Assembly: GCA_030704615.1 (NCBI GenBank)
Contig: CM060732.1
Coordinates: 73,036,001-73,100,000 of the forward strand
Direction of reading: 5' to 3'
DNA: 64,000 bases
DNA from: Takakia lepidozioides
Taxonomy: Eukaryota; Plantae; Bryophyta
A program made the position numbers and the translations under genes. Below, piece by piece: positions 63,426 to 64,000 of the stretch. Position 1 is the stretch's first letter; each line of letters opens with the position of its first letter. The notes below the pieces were generated by a model, which ran no database searches, was not told the DNA's origin, and was given only the letters and a program-made list of their open reading frames with translations.

Positions 63426-64000
63426 CCAAATCTGTGATAATTCTATAGTGACATGAGGCACCCACTCTTCTTCTCTTCTCTCACACCAGTAAAGAGTGGC
63501 TTGAGTTGCCCCGGTTTGACCAATAGTGATTTGAACATAGCTAGTACCTCCACCTTCTTTGGCCATTTCAGCCTTTGCATTCCAGCGGGCTGCAATAAAT
63601 GGTCTTGAGCAAGTCCCGTTCCCTTTGCTGCAGGCCCTCTTGACTCAAATTTGCTGCTCTCAACAGTAGGCCGTTCCCCTTTCAATTGCATTGTTGGTGA
63701 CAAACTGTGGCACACCCTCTGGTCACCATGCCTTCTTGCTCCCTTACTCAGTTTAGTGCTCTCATTAATCTTCAAAAGTGTTAAGTTGGTTTCTCACTGT
63801 TCCCTCACTCTCTCCCTTGGCAGGATGCCTGTCCAATTCGTCGTCTATGCAACTCTGGCTGACTCCTAGTTGACGTTCTTTCTTGTTTTCGACATGGAAT
63901 GGCACATCCTCCGATCCCAAAGAAGGTACTTCAATCACTTCTGTCAGCAAATTCCTCCTCACTTTCTCTCCCCTCTTCATTAGGTTGATCAATTTCAAAA

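Overview
Nuclear DNA of a land plant. A non-seed, bryophyte-grade lineage is inferred from the PLS-DYW PPR style and the TE content; the species cannot be determined from this window. The left half (1-26 kb) is gene-dense: an intronless PLS-DYW PPR RNA-editing factor (-) sits head-to-head with a 10-exon PIG-L gene (+), followed by an 8-exon CTP:phosphocholine cytidylyltransferase (+) and a 12-exon ENTH/epsin gene (-). The right half (27-64 kb) is a nested transposon cluster. It holds a hAT MITE with an 8-bp TSD, a decayed Ty1/copia element, two CACTA right ends, and a decayed LINE whose endonuclease is split by a 2072-bp TG...CA element with a 4-bp TSD. It also holds an unknown coiled-coil/RING gene, a PPR-Ty3/gypsy chimera, and two inverted copies of one Mutator-like (MULE) family. 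The main candidate system is the larger MULE copy (56135-61160). It encodes a DDE transposase on + and, divergently, a degenerate intron-containing beta-class DNA amino-methyltransferase (N4-C/N6-A type) on -. The two genes are separated by arrays of GGCGCC-centred palindromes, which are greatly expanded in the non-autonomous sister copy (37468-40386). This suggests a transposon-borne DNA-modification (self-marking or anti-silencing) module. All gene models were assembled by eye and no database searches were run.
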